The notes under the pieces are model-generated. The model saw only the letters and a program-made list of their open reading frames with translations. It was not told the DNA's origin and searched no databases. From assembly GCA_011390135.1 (NCBI GenBank), contig JAABSZ010000003.1:470-64469 (forward strand): a stretch of DNA of 64,000 nucleotides, read 5' to 3'. A program made the translations under genes and the position numbers. Positions 1 to 9,121 of the stretch are shown here, piece after piece; position 1 is the stretch's first letter, and each line of letters opens with the position of its first letter. The DNA is from Desulfobacteraceae bacterium. GTDB lineage: Bacteria; Desulfobacterota; Desulfobacteria; Desulfobacterales; JAABSP01.

Positions 1-1
1 G

Positions 2-694
2 CTATCCGAGGACACCCTTGAAGAGTACCAGCATCCAGTAGGAGACGAGAACCAGGCCCAGGATTAGGCGGAGGGGGAGTTTTCTTTCTGTCTGCGCCTT
101 TTGTCCGCCGGGATCGTTCGATGCACTATAGGTCTCCACATCGGCTTCGGAATCCCTTGCTTTGGCTCTCGGATCTGCCCCCACCGCCACAATGGAGAGT
201 TCAAAGATCAGCCATTGGGTCACCACCAGCGCTGGCCCTGAAAACCTGCGGCCCGAAATCTGCCGCTCCTCTCCGGCCGGCACCGGACAGGAATCGAGAT
301 AGAAGCAGCCCACGGAAAAATCGGTCAGATGCCCCTCCCGCACCTTCTGTGCTGCGCTCAACCCTGCCGGTGTTCTGGAGAAGAAGACATCGCACTCCAG
401 GACATTGTCTGCAATTTCAAAATTCCGTGCGCTCCCCAGGATGGCGGAGACCGTGGAGCGGTCATGGGAATCGAGCAGGGGAACCTGCCCTTTTCTCGGG
501 ATCATCACGCCGCTCATGAGGGTGATGACCGGGACAGGTTCTTTGAAATGGGCGGTATATCGCAGAATCGGTTCTTCGGTCTTGGCCACCACCCGCACAG
601 AAAGCGTATTGGGATTGAAGGTTGCGGGCTTCGGAAACGCGGTGGGAAGAAATCGTTCCGACAGTCGAAGATACTCTTCGTAATCGAGTGTCAT
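2..694 (-). CDS. HK97-type prohead serine protease-like protein (peptidase S78/U35-like) with C-terminal hydrophobic tail; partial, 3' end beyond window
   Basis: Track ORF 2..694. Blocks PLLDSHD..ILG, GHLTDFSVGC and FELSIVAVGADPRAKA resemble the His, Ser and C-terminal blocks of prohead proteases. ATGA start/stop overlap with the upstream radical SAM gene (691-694). No stop before the window edge. Confidence 0.5.
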   Translation of the reverse strand: MTLDYEEYLRLSERFLPTAFPKPATFNPNTLSVRVVAKTEEPILRYTAHFKEPVPVITLMSGVMIPRKGQVPLLDSHDRSTVSAILGSARNFEIADNVLECDVFFSRTPAGLSAAQKVREGHLTDFSVGCFYLDSCPVPAGEERQISGRRFSGPALVVTQWLIFELSIVAVGADPRAKARDSEADVETYSASNDPGGQKAQTERKLPLRLILGLVLVSYWMLVLFKGVLG

Positions 695-2004
695 GGCGGA
701 TCACTTCCGTCGAAAAATCGTTCTTTGGGCGGATTGAAATAGCCGTACAGCAGTTTCGGGAATCTCGATCTGATCCGGTTCAAAAGATTTTCCATTCCAA
801 TAGGCTCTCCGTGAGGCCCTCCGGCTCGGTCCATCTCCTGCCAGTAGCGCAGGGGATCGTAGTTCAGATTCCGCCACTGGATCATACGGATAGGATATTC
901 CTCTAAAAATCGAAGAAGCGCGTCAGCCTCCTCGGGCGTGTCGGTGAATCCGGGGCAGTTGAGATAGTTCAACGAGATGAACTTTCCCCGCGTTCCTGCA
1001 TTCCCGATGCTTGTCATCACATCGGAATACCTATATCCCACGGGACGGAAATAGGCGGTGCAGCAGGGCTCGCGCACGCTGTTGATGCTGACACGGATGC
1101 TGTCCAGGCCCGCGTCCCAGAGCGGCTCCAGCAGATCGGGACGGCCCGCGTTGGTATTGATGTTGATGGTTCCGGCATCGGTCTCCTTCCGGATCAGGCG
1201 GATGGCCGGTTCGATCACATGCGCGGCCATGAGCGGGTCCCCCTCGCACCCCTGGCCAAAGCTGACAACGGCCCGCTTCACCCGTTTGATGTGGGTGAGG
1301 GCCACCCCCGCGATCTCCTCTGGGGTCGGGGTGAATCCGATCCGGTCCTGGCTGTGGGGGATCTCCCCCTCCTCCTGCTGGGAGATGCAGCCGAGACATC
1401 TGGCGTTGCAGGCCGATGCCGTGGGCAGCGGAGCCTCGAACCGGCCCAGAAAGAAGTTCTTGCCGGCCGGACAGCCGTACTCCAGCGCGCACCGCTCCAG
1501 ATGAGTCCGGAGCCGGTTCTCCGGCAGGGTTTTCCGCATCTTTGCCACCCCCTTCTCCACCTTCTCCCGGGGCATGAGGCGCAGGTCCTGACGCTTCTCC
1601 CAATCGACCCGCACCAGGGGGCTGTAAAATCCGTCCCCATGCCACCCGGCCGCGCCATAGGAGAAGAGCGGCAGAAATCCCGCTCCCTTTCGCTCCTCAT
1701 ATGCACAGACCTCTTTGATCACATACCCCGGAGAGTTGAAGGCCGCAACCGGAAAGAGCTTCTCCCCGGGTTCAAAGGGATTCTCCCAAAGCTGCTCGAT
1801 CCGCCCCTCCCGGAGGTTGTAGACCAGGGGGCTCCGGTCCGGCAGAAGCATCAGCTCTCCGCCGTGGGGCAGAGGGATCGCATCGGAGACTGAAATGGGC
1901 GCGATCAGGGGCCCGGCCATGCCCAAGGCCGCATATCCGGGAAGATCGAAGATCTCCCCGGCCAAATTGGCCGCGACCGCAGTGATATAGCGCGTCTTTC
2001 CCAT
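691..2004 (-). CDS. radical SAM protein
   Basis: Track ORF 691..2100 has a CxxxCxxC motif (ACNARCLGC). I prefer Met33 (ATG 2004-2002) as start because it forms a TGATG overlap with the stop of the upstream gene. Confidence 0.8.
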   Translation of the reverse strand: MGKTRYITAVAANLAGEIFDLPGYAALGMAGPLIAPISVSDAIPLPHGGELMLLPDRSPLVYNLREGRIEQLWENPFEPGEKLFPVAAFNSPGYVIKEVCAYEERKGAGFLPLFSYGAAGWHGDGFYSPLVRVDWEKRQDLRLMPREKVEKGVAKMRKTLPENRLRTHLERCALEYGCPAGKNFFLGRFEAPLPTASACNARCLGCISQQEEGEIPHSQDRIGFTPTPEEIAGVALTHIKRVKRAVVSFGQGCEGDPLMAAHVIEPAIRLIRKETDAGTININTNAGRPDLLEPLWDAGLDSIRVSINSVREPCCTAYFRPVGYRYSDVMTSIGNAGTRGKFISLNYLNCPGFTDTPEEADALLRFLEEYPIRMIQWRNLNYDPLRYWQEMDRAGGPHGEPIGMENLLNRIRSRFPKLLYGYFNPPKERFFDGSDPP

Positions 2005-3788
2005 CAGCGGAAGATCCCCGCAGCCCGCTGCCAGAGAGACCGGATCAGCCCGACTTCCTGGCCCAGCCGCTCTTTTTGGGCCTTCAGCTCCGGATGCCAC
2101 TGCCGAACCTTTTCATCGGCCAGATACTTCTCCACCAGCGCCAGATCCTCGTTTTCAGCGGAGAGCGCCTTTGTCAGACCCTGCTGATAATCGGCCGTGA
2201 CCGTCAAAATGGTTTCCGGATAGAGGATGAAATGCTCCGGCTCCTTCTCCCCAACATCGAAGCTGCCGGCCGTTCTGCCGCGGCCCGGTTCGATAAAGAA
2301 AGATTGCGGCCGAAGGGGATGGCGGGCCCGGGGCTCGTACAGGGAGGTTCTTCCGTACTGACCGCTCCAGGAGAGGTTAAGGGTGACGAGATACCGGTTG
2401 TCAGAGCGGTTTTCCATCTCGTAAACGGCCTTGTATCCGTAGAGCCCCACCTCTCCCTGGCCGATCTTTCCGTATTTGAAGGAATGGCTCAGGTGAAGGC
2501 TGTGCGCGGCCAGTTGATCCGCCACAATCCCGGTCTCCACAAGGATATCGGGATAGGAGGAGAGGATGGCCAGGACGCGGGAATAGCGCTCATCCCCCAG
2601 GCGGATCTCTCCCTTTCGGATGGTTCCCAGCCATTCCTCGAACCGGGCCAGGTTTCGGCCCAGGATCGAATACCGGTAGAGGTGGCGGTCATCCGTTGCA
2701 AAGATCGCATTTCCGGCCGCGGCCAGGGTCTCCCCGGCAACATTCATCTTTTCCAGAAGATCGAAGGTTTCGTAATCGTAGATCCGGATGCCCTTGTTGT
2801 GGCGCATGGAGAGGATCAGGAGTTCCCCGCGCTGATCCGGCAGGAGCTTCTCATCGGTGACGATCAGATCCTCGATGGGCAGATCGGTCTTCAAACGCCG
2901 TAGGGCCGAGCCGTTCCGGAGATCCTGGAGTACCGCCTGATTTCCTCCATAGACAACGGCATCCCCATTGTGAAAATAGACAAGAGAATCCCCTGCCAGC
3001 GCCTTTTTGAAGGATTTCAGCGGAAGCTCTTCCCCCTCCCAGAGGAAGATCTCCTCTCCTCCGGCCCCCGCAATGGAGCCATCAATCACCAAAAGGGCTG
3101 TGATACAAGCCTTCTGATTGAAATCGGCCCAGTCCTCGGTCTGCTCTCTGCTGGTGCGCAGGATTTGTGAAAAACCGAGATCCTCCATATTCCAGACATT
3201 GACGAGACCTCCGCAGGAGCCGATATAGAGCCGATCCCCAGTTGCTTGGATCGCGCCGATATAGTGGCCATCCAGAAGCTTGACCGTCCGGATCTCCCCG
3301 CTTTCGGTATCCCAGAGAACGGCCGTGTCCACATCCTTGTCGGACCCGCCCGAGATGACTGTCGATCTGAAAACGGTTCGGACACCGCCGTCGAAACGGG
3401 AGTATTCGATCTTCTGGATCGTATCGGCCAGATCCAGGGTCTCCGGCTCGAAGAGATAGGCTGCGCCGCCAGTCACCGTGGGGTTTTCAAAGATCCAGAT
3501 CTTCCCGTCGATGAGAAAGGGGCGACTGTAATAGACCCCGGGAAGGCGATACCGATTCGCGTTGTGGGTATTGGCCCGCAGAATCCCCTCCATCTCATCC
3601 CACATCTTCAGGTTGGCATAGACTTCGAAAGGGATGGAATAGGGGCTCAATATTCCCTTTTCCAATGTATTGCGGATCTCCTCCCGCTTCCGGATCTCCC
3701 CGGCGTTGAGTTCCCCAAAGGCCGGAGACGCGAAAGAAAGGAGCAGGACAGACAAAAGCAGCCAGTTCATAAGGGTCGTCTTCTTCAT
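2004..3788 (-). CDS. secreted protein of unknown function (possibly beta-propeller-like)
   Basis: 594-aa ORF with N-terminal signal peptide MKKTTLMNWLLLSVLLLSFASPAFG. Tightly packed between the ankyrin and radical SAM genes. No catalytic motif recognised. Confidence 0.65.
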   Translation of the reverse strand: MKKTTLMNWLLLSVLLLSFASPAFGELNAGEIRKREEIRNTLEKGILSPYSIPFEVYANLKMWDEMEGILRANTHNANRYRLPGVYYSRPFLIDGKIWIFENPTVTGGAAYLFEPETLDLADTIQKIEYSRFDGGVRTVFRSTVISGGSDKDVDTAVLWDTESGEIRTVKLLDGHYIGAIQATGDRLYIGSCGGLVNVWNMEDLGFSQILRTSREQTEDWADFNQKACITALLVIDGSIAGAGGEEIFLWEGEELPLKSFKKALAGDSLVYFHNGDAVVYGGNQAVLQDLRNGSALRRLKTDLPIEDLIVTDEKLLPDQRGELLILSMRHNKGIRIYDYETFDLLEKMNVAGETLAAAGNAIFATDDRHLYRYSILGRNLARFEEWLGTIRKGEIRLGDERYSRVLAILSSYPDILVETGIVADQLAAHSLHLSHSFKYGKIGQGEVGLYGYKAVYEMENRSDNRYLVTLNLSWSGQYGRTSLYEPRARHPLRPQSFFIEPGRGRTAGSFDVGEKEPEHFILYPETILTVTADYQQGLTKALSAENEDLALVEKYLADEKVRQWHPELKAQKERLGQEVGLIRSLWQRAAGIFR

Positions 3789-3789
3789 T

Positions 3790-5055
3790 TTAAATATCCC
3801 TCAACAGGATCTCCCGATAGACATCTCTTGCCCGCCGAACCAGGGGGGCATGTTCCGCAATATCCTTGTATTTCAGAATAAAGGCTTCCAGTTCCCCCAG
3901 AGTCGGCTGCTGCAGGATCTGCTCCAGCCGCTCCCGGGGCGCCATGCCATCTCTTTCTTCTCTTTCTTCTCTTTCTTCCGGAGCATTCCGAATCTCTTGG
4001 ACCGGGGGAGGAGCAGCGGTTCGAGCATCCGAAGAGACGGGGGGAGAGACGGGGGGAGAGACAGGGGAAGAGACGGGGGAAGGAGCTTTCAGGCCATTTT
4101 GGCTCGGTTTTTCGATGCGGCTGCGGGATCGGGTCTTTGTTCTTTCCCGGACCGATGCGCTGCGGGACTCTGCCGCGTTCTCCCGGCCCATCCGGAGCCG
4201 CTTTTGGGCTGTCACGATATAGGGGGCGATGTCCGGGAGATATTGGCGCACCGGCTCGGTATAGGTTCTGCTGATCCATCCCCGCTCCGTGAGAATCCAG
4301 TCCCCCTGGACCCTTTTGGGAATCACCCGATCACCCTGCCGGTATTGGCCCAGCTTTTCGCTCTTTACGGTGCGCCCCGCACGGATATTGAGGCGGCTTG
4401 CCGTGATCTCGAAGCCATTTTGAGAAAAGGGTTCGTACCGGTCTATGAAATCCTGAAGGACTTGGGGGGAATCCCCCTGGATCGCATTGTAATCCTCCCT
4501 GGCCCGGGCTTTGAGCCGGGCAGTGACAACGGATCGGTAGTATCCGTCGGAAAAGCGGGAGAAATATTCCACATAGGGCCCCAGATTCCGGCCGTGACCC
4601 GTCATGATCCGGGAGACCAGCTCATACTCCCGGGAAAGATTGTAGAGCCGAAGCTTTCCCGGCCCGTCCGGGGTCTCGGGGAGATTCCGGATGAAATCGT
4701 GCCTGGCCCCAGCCTCCAGCAGCTTTCGAAAGGTCTCGAAATTCTCGTTCTCATACGCGTGTTCCAGCGCGGTTCTGCCGCTGCGGTCCTCCGAGTCGAG
4801 GCTCGCGCCGCTGCCAAGAAGCGCGCTGATGACCTCCGGATTGCCGGACTGGGCCGCGGCCATGAGCGGTGTGCGGCCCTTGTCGTCAGCTTGATCCGCG
4901 CCCCCCTCCGCTTGGATCATCTTTTGAACCCTCTCCAGATCGCCTTTTCTTGCGGCCTCGTGCAGCGAGGTACAGGAGAAGGCAAACAGAAGCGCCAGCA
5001 GCGCAGCCGCCCGAATCCCCAACTTCCATCCTGTTCCGTTTTCCGATCTCATCAT
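3790..5055 (-). CDS. ankyrin-repeat / SH3b-like lipoprotein
   Basis: Lipobox-like LLFAFSC. Ankyrin consensus stretches (GRTPLMAAAQSGNPEVISALLGSGASLD, GRTALEHA). SH3b-like GDRVIPKRVQGDWILTERGWISRTY. Low-complexity Pro/Ser and Glu/Arg linkers. Confidence 0.75.
   Translation of the reverse strand: MMRSENGTGWKLGIRAAALLALLFAFSCTSLHEAARKGDLERVQKMIQAEGGADQADDKGRTPLMAAAQSGNPEVISALLGSGASLDSEDRSGRTALEHAYENENFETFRKLLEAGARHDFIRNLPETPDGPGKLRLYNLSREYELVSRIMTGHGRNLGPYVEYFSRFSDGYYRSVVTARLKARAREDYNAIQGDSPQVLQDFIDRYEPFSQNGFEITASRLNIRAGRTVKSEKLGQYRQGDRVIPKRVQGDWILTERGWISRTYTEPVRQYLPDIAPYIVTAQKRLRMGRENAAESRSASVRERTKTRSRSRIEKPSQNGLKAPSPVSSPVSPPVSPPVSSDARTAAPPPVQEIRNAPEEREEREERDGMAPRERLEQILQQPTLGELEAFILKYKDIAEHAPLVRRARDVYREILLRDI
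3951..4082 (-). repeat. coding microsatellites inside the ankyrin gene
   Basis: 9-nt unit x3 at 3951-3978 encodes EEREEREER. 12-nt GAGACGGGGGGA-like unit x4 at ~4033-4082 encodes SPVSSPVSPPVSPPVSS. Confidence 0.8.
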
Positions 5056-5158
5056 TAAGAGCCTTTACATTTTTCCAAAATATCGTTAATACCTTATCCT
5101 TAGTCGAAACTGCAATTCATGTCAATTGTCAATGCAAAAGAGGAGCGAGCAAATTCCC

Positions 5159-5821
5159 ATGAAGATCACCTCGGAAGTCTTTCAGGTGGGCGGCGGCGCG
5201 CACTCGAGCCCCGAGGATGGGGCGGTCTATCTCGTTTTTATGGAGGGAAAGGCCGCGCTCATCGATGCCGGCTGCGGCCCTTCGGTTCCCCGGATCATCG
5301 AAAATATCCGCGGCTGCCGCGTCAAAACAGAGCAGATCGAAATCATTCTTCTCACCCACTGCCATTTCGACCACACAGGCGGCGTGCCGGGGCTGCGCCA
5401 GTGGACCGATGCGGCCGTCGGGGCTCATGAACTGGACGCGCCCTTTCTGGAATCGGGAAACAGCGCGGTGACAGCGGCCAGTTGGTACGGCCGTTCCGCA
5501 ACCCCCTTTACCGTCGATCGAAAGCTGTCCGGCGCGGTTCAGGAGATCCGCCTGGGCCGGCGGGCCATCCAGATGGTCCACATCCCGGGCCACTCCCCCG
5601 GCTCCGTGGCCTACTGGGTCGAGTCGGACGGGAAAAGGGTCCTCTTTGGCCAGGATGTCCACGGCCCTCTGGATGAGAGCCTGCTCTCGGACCCGGCCGC
5701 CTATAGAAAATCTTTGCAGATTCTCATGGATCTGGAGGCCGATATCCTCTGCGAGGGGCACTATGGCATCTATTGGGGAAAAGAGAAGGTAAGGGATTTC
5801 ATTAAGTCCTTTCTGGCCTGA
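5159..5821 (+). CDS. MBL-fold metallo-hydrolase
   Basis: HCHFDHTGG motif and later HIPGHSPGS. I prefer ATG 5159 (AGGAG at 5141-5145) over the track start 5126. Confidence 0.85.
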   Translation: MKITSEVFQVGGGAHSSPEDGAVYLVFMEGKAALIDAGCGPSVPRIIENIRGCRVKTEQIEIILLTHCHFDHTGGVPGLRQWTDAAVGAHELDAPFLESGNSAVTAASWYGRSATPFTVDRKLSGAVQEIRLGRRAIQMVHIPGHSPGSVAYWVESDGKRVLFGQDVHGPLDESLLSDPAAYRKSLQILMDLEADILCEGHYGIYWGKEKVRDFIKSFLA

Positions 5822-5867
5822 CGCAGGTGGGATTTTTCCAAAGGATCGGAAGGATGGTCCGTCCTTT

Positions 5868-7061
5868 TCAGCCGATATCCGCGTAGAATTGACCGATCCG
5901 GGAATAGCCGATCACCCGATGCGGGGTCCGCTTCTGGTCCATATCGCGGCCCATGACCAGACATGAGGCCGGCGCGGTACCGCTCAAACCTTTGAAATAA
6001 TCGAGCCCCTTGAAAAAGTGCCGGGAGACGGTTTTTGAAGATTTGATTTCCACGGGAACGGGGCCAAGACCAGTCTCCAGGATCAGATCGACCTCATTTC
6101 CGGTTCTGTCTCGGAAGTAATAGAGATTGTCCCGAAGCCCCCGGTTCAATCGCTGCTTGAGGAACTCGGAGACCACGAATGTCTCGAAGAGCTGCCCCCG
6201 CAGCGGATGGGTCTCCATCTGATCGGACTTTTCAATGCCGAGCAGATGGGCCGCCAGGCCCGCATCGATAAAGTAGAGCTTGGGGGATTTGATGATCCTC
6301 TTGTTGAAATTGTTGTAATAGGGCTTCAGCAGAAAGATGATGAAACTGGCTTCTAGAATCGATATCCATTCGCTGATGGTTTTGCCGGTAACACCGATAT
6401 CATTGGCCAGACTCGTGCTGTTCAGGATCTGCCCTGTTCTTCCGGCACAGAGCTTTACGAACCCATGAAACCGCATCAGATCCTTTACCTTCACCATCAT
6501 CCGGACATCCCGCTCCACATAGGTCTCCACATACCCTGCGTGAAAGAATTCGGGCCGGATCTTCTGGTCGAAAATCCGGGGATAGAATCCGGTGAAGAGA
6601 AGCTCGTTCAGTTCGCTCTTTCCGGGCTCACGGATCTCGTCAAAGGAGAAGGGGAGGAGTTTCAACACCCCTGTTCTTCCGGCAAGGGATTGGGTGATAT
6701 TCTGCATGGACTGGAACTGGTTGCTTCCGGTGAGAACGAACATTCCGGGACGGTTCTTCCTGTCCACGATGGTCTGGATGTAGGAAAGCAGCGGGGGGAC
6801 ATGTTGGACCTCGTCGATGATCGCGCCATCAGAATAGCGGTCTAAAAAGGCGCGGGGATCGGAGAGGGCAAACTCCCGGGTATCCATATCCTCTAAAGTG
6901 ACATACTCCTTGTCCGGAAAGGTCATTTTCGCCAGCGTGGTTTTGCCGGACTGGCGGGGACCGGTAATGGTAATCACCGGAAAGGATGCAGCCATTTCTT
7001 CTAATACGGGTTGCGCATGTCGGGAAATCATCCGTTCACCTCGGGCGGAATTGTAGTACAA
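5868..7061 (-). CDS. AAA+ ATPase with DUF4143 C-terminal domain
   Basis: Walker A GPRQSGKTTL. The C-terminal half matches the DUF4143-type region (KSPKLYFIDAGL..., EVDLILE...VPVEIKSS). Confidence 0.85.
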   Translation of the reverse strand: MYYNSARGERMISRHAQPVLEEMAASFPVITITGPRQSGKTTLAKMTFPDKEYVTLEDMDTREFALSDPRAFLDRYSDGAIIDEVQHVPPLLSYIQTIVDRKNRPGMFVLTGSNQFQSMQNITQSLAGRTGVLKLLPFSFDEIREPGKSELNELLFTGFYPRIFDQKIRPEFFHAGYVETYVERDVRMMVKVKDLMRFHGFVKLCAGRTGQILNSTSLANDIGVTGKTISEWISILEASFIIFLLKPYYNNFNKRIIKSPKLYFIDAGLAAHLLGIEKSDQMETHPLRGQLFETFVVSEFLKQRLNRGLRDNLYYFRDRTGNEVDLILETGLGPVPVEIKSSKTVSRHFFKGLDYFKGLSGTAPASCLVMGRDMDQKRTPHRVIGYSRIGQFYADIG

Positions 7062-7108
7062 CTCCTAATTTGTCAGCCCTTTCTTTCTTTGTCAATGGAA
7101 AAGCGGTG

Positions 7109-7618
7109 ATGCAGCAAAAAGCAGAATACCAAAAGGCCTATGAGATCGCCATCCGCCTCCTGGCCCGAAGGGCCCATGTCTCGGCCGAGCTGAAAAAGAA
7201 GATCATGGAGAGGGGAATCGATGCCGGGACTGCGGAGCAGGTGGTCCGGGAGTGCAGAGAGCGGGGCTATATCGATGAGAAGTCCACGGCCCGGCTCTTC
7301 TTCGAAAGTCTTCGGGGCAAAGGATACGGCCCCAGGCAGATCCGGCTGCAGATGAAAAGACGGGGAATCGAAGCGGGGCTGATAGAGGAGATCTTTTCCC
7401 AAGCCCTCTTTCCAAAGGAGGCTGAAGAGGTCATTTTGGATGCCGAACCTTATGTTGAAATCGATGAAGCGCTGAAAGCTGCCGGGAAGAAGCTCTCGGC
7501 CCTGCATCGGGAGAAAGACCCGAAAAAGCGGCGGGAGAAGCTCTACCGGTTTCTGCAGTACCGGGGCTTCTCCCCTTCTGCCATATCGGAAGTCCTCCGA
7601 AAGATGCTCTCATCCTGA
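7109..7618 (+). CDS. recX: recombination regulator RecX
   Basis: Repeated three-helix RecX pattern (LLARRAHVSAELKKKIMERGID..., YIDEKSTARLFFESLRGKGYGPRQIRLQMKRRGI...). Internal ATG 7109 chosen because the track start 6986 overlaps the divergent ATPase gene. Confidence 0.85.
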   Translation: MQQKAEYQKAYEIAIRLLARRAHVSAELKKKIMERGIDAGTAEQVVRECRERGYIDEKSTARLFFESLRGKGYGPRQIRLQMKRRGIEAGLIEEIFSQALFPKEAEEVILDAEPYVEIDEALKAAGKKLSALHREKDPKKRREKLYRFLQYRGFSPSAISEVLRKMLSS

Positions 7619-7750
7619 TTGACCTGCGGCCTCTCCAAAAGATCTTTAGGGGCACGGAATTTGCCGATATATTGCTACCCCGATTCGATTATTCCTTTTG
7701 GAACAAGGATTCAAGTTTTGTAAGCGGAGTATCTGTATTATCCAAGTCCC

Positions 7751-8911
7751 TTATCCGGGGATCAGCCGCCCCTTGTTTCCCTCTTTCTCCTCGATCCCCT
7801 TGTGGATGACCATACTCTTTCCGATCCGCTTCCCATCTTTATAGACATCCGGATCATGCCGTCTTCGGCTTCCGCCTGTCGATCGAATCCTGCGATACCG
7901 ATACTTCATATACGCCTTGAGCTGGGGATCACCCACCAGCACCGGGGAGTATTCAATGGGATCTTTTGCCTCGAGCTGCTGATCCAGCTTGTCCATGAAC
8001 CCATTGATGATCCCGATGGCAAAGTCGGTCTTCCGGTGGAGAGTAAGCCCCTTGTCCCGATTGTACCGCTCCCATTCCGCGTCGATGAAGCGGGAGACAA
8101 AATCATGGACATAGGCGGCCATCTCTACATTCTGCTGGGTCCCGCTGATCTCCATGACCCGGCCCCGTTTTCCTTTTTCCAGCACAAAGATCGGAACCCA
8201 GATCCCCTGCACGAAATAGTGGTTGATGAGCAGATTGGCCAGAAGGGACTCATCCTGGCGATGGCGCAGTCCGGGGCGGCCGATCCGGGTGGTGATGAAA
8301 TCCCGGCGCTCTGTCCGGTTGAGCATATCCAGATTGTGCTTTGCAATGAGATCGTGAGCTTTTAGCATCGCGGCCTCGGCCTCATGGCGGTTGCTGCTCC
8401 GGGCCAGGGAGAGGAGTTTTTGAACCCGGCTCAGGATCTGATCGGCCGGGTCTTTGGGGCCCACAGACTGCTCCAGTCCCGGGAAGCGGCCAGCAGCCGC
8501 AGGGTCCGCTCGGAGCATATCGCAGGCCCTTCGGAAGGTCGGCCCGTGGGGAGTCTCGTCCGCGTCTCTTCCCAGCAAGTCGGCCAGTTGATGTGCCATC
8601 TCATGCAGCAGCACCTGCCGAACACTTTCCCAGGGGTGATGCAAAGCAAATTCCCGGCTGATGCAGATCTCCCCCCATTCTTTTGACCATTGGCCCACCC
8701 GCCGGGTCGTATCCGCCAGCCGAAAGATCGGCTTTTTCATCAATCTTCTCACTCCGGAATCGAGTACCCAGAGCCCCAGCTCCCATTCGCAGGAGAGCCC
8801 TTCCAGAATCCGCCGCTCCAGGGCGATCTGCACCGATGCCGCATCCGTTCCTTTTTCCATTTTCCTTTTGATCCCCTCCTTTTTGATCCCCTCCTTATTG
8901 TTCCTCTTCAC
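7751..8911 (-). CDS. SprT-like zinc metalloprotease domain plus DUF2786-like domain protein
   Basis: HExxH (LLHEMAHQL) in the N-terminal SprT-like region. DUF2786-like helix ILSRVQKLLSLARSSNRHEAEAAMLKAHDLIAKHNL. The start may be the internal Met18. Confidence 0.7.
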   Translation of the reverse strand: MKRNNKEGIKKEGIKRKMEKGTDAASVQIALERRILEGLSCEWELGLWVLDSGVRRLMKKPIFRLADTTRRVGQWSKEWGEICISREFALHHPWESVRQVLLHEMAHQLADLLGRDADETPHGPTFRRACDMLRADPAAAGRFPGLEQSVGPKDPADQILSRVQKLLSLARSSNRHEAEAAMLKAHDLIAKHNLDMLNRTERRDFITTRIGRPGLRHRQDESLLANLLINHYFVQGIWVPIFVLEKGKRGRVMEISGTQQNVEMAAYVHDFVSRFIDAEWERYNRDKGLTLHRKTDFAIGIINGFMDKLDQQLEAKDPIEYSPVLVGDPQLKAYMKYRYRRIRSTGGSRRRHDPDVYKDGKRIGKSMVIHKGIEEKEGNKGRLIPG

Positions 8912-8940
8912 TATTGGATCTCCGAGCCTCTTTTATCAGA

Positions 8941-8999
8941 AATCGAAATCGATTGCCAGTTCGAAACCCGTTCGAAACCGGTTCGAAAAAAAGGAATCG
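8941..8999. promoter_or_regulatory. array of TTCGAA/ATCGAT palindromes with 11-bp phasing in a divergent promoter region
   Basis: GTTCGAAAC at 8959, 8970 and 8981 (spacing exactly 11 nt). AATCGAAATCGATT at 8941-8954 and GAATCGAT at ~8993. Lies between the divergent SprT-like and Zn-ribbon genes. Confidence 0.3.
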
Positions 9000-9121
9000 A
9001 TGTCGGATACGATAAGATCATTAATATTATACAATCAGATACTTACCTGCTTTTCCTTGACCTCGGCAGAAAAGATGCGTTACTCTGTTATAAGAGAAAA
9101 ATAAAAAAAGGAGGTATAGCA

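Noticed and set aside
2005-2100. N-terminal 32 codons of the track ORF 691..2100
   Set aside because: They would overlap the upstream gene by 97 nt. The internal ATG at 2004-2002 gives a canonical TGATG coupling, and the extension (MASGAEGPKRAAGPGSRADP...) looks like out-of-frame GC-rich read-through.
3670-5058. 462-aa plus-strand ORF, and likewise 12414..13622 (402 aa)
   Set aside because: They are antisense to the ankyrin lipoprotein gene and the thiolase gene respectively, both of which have strong family signatures.
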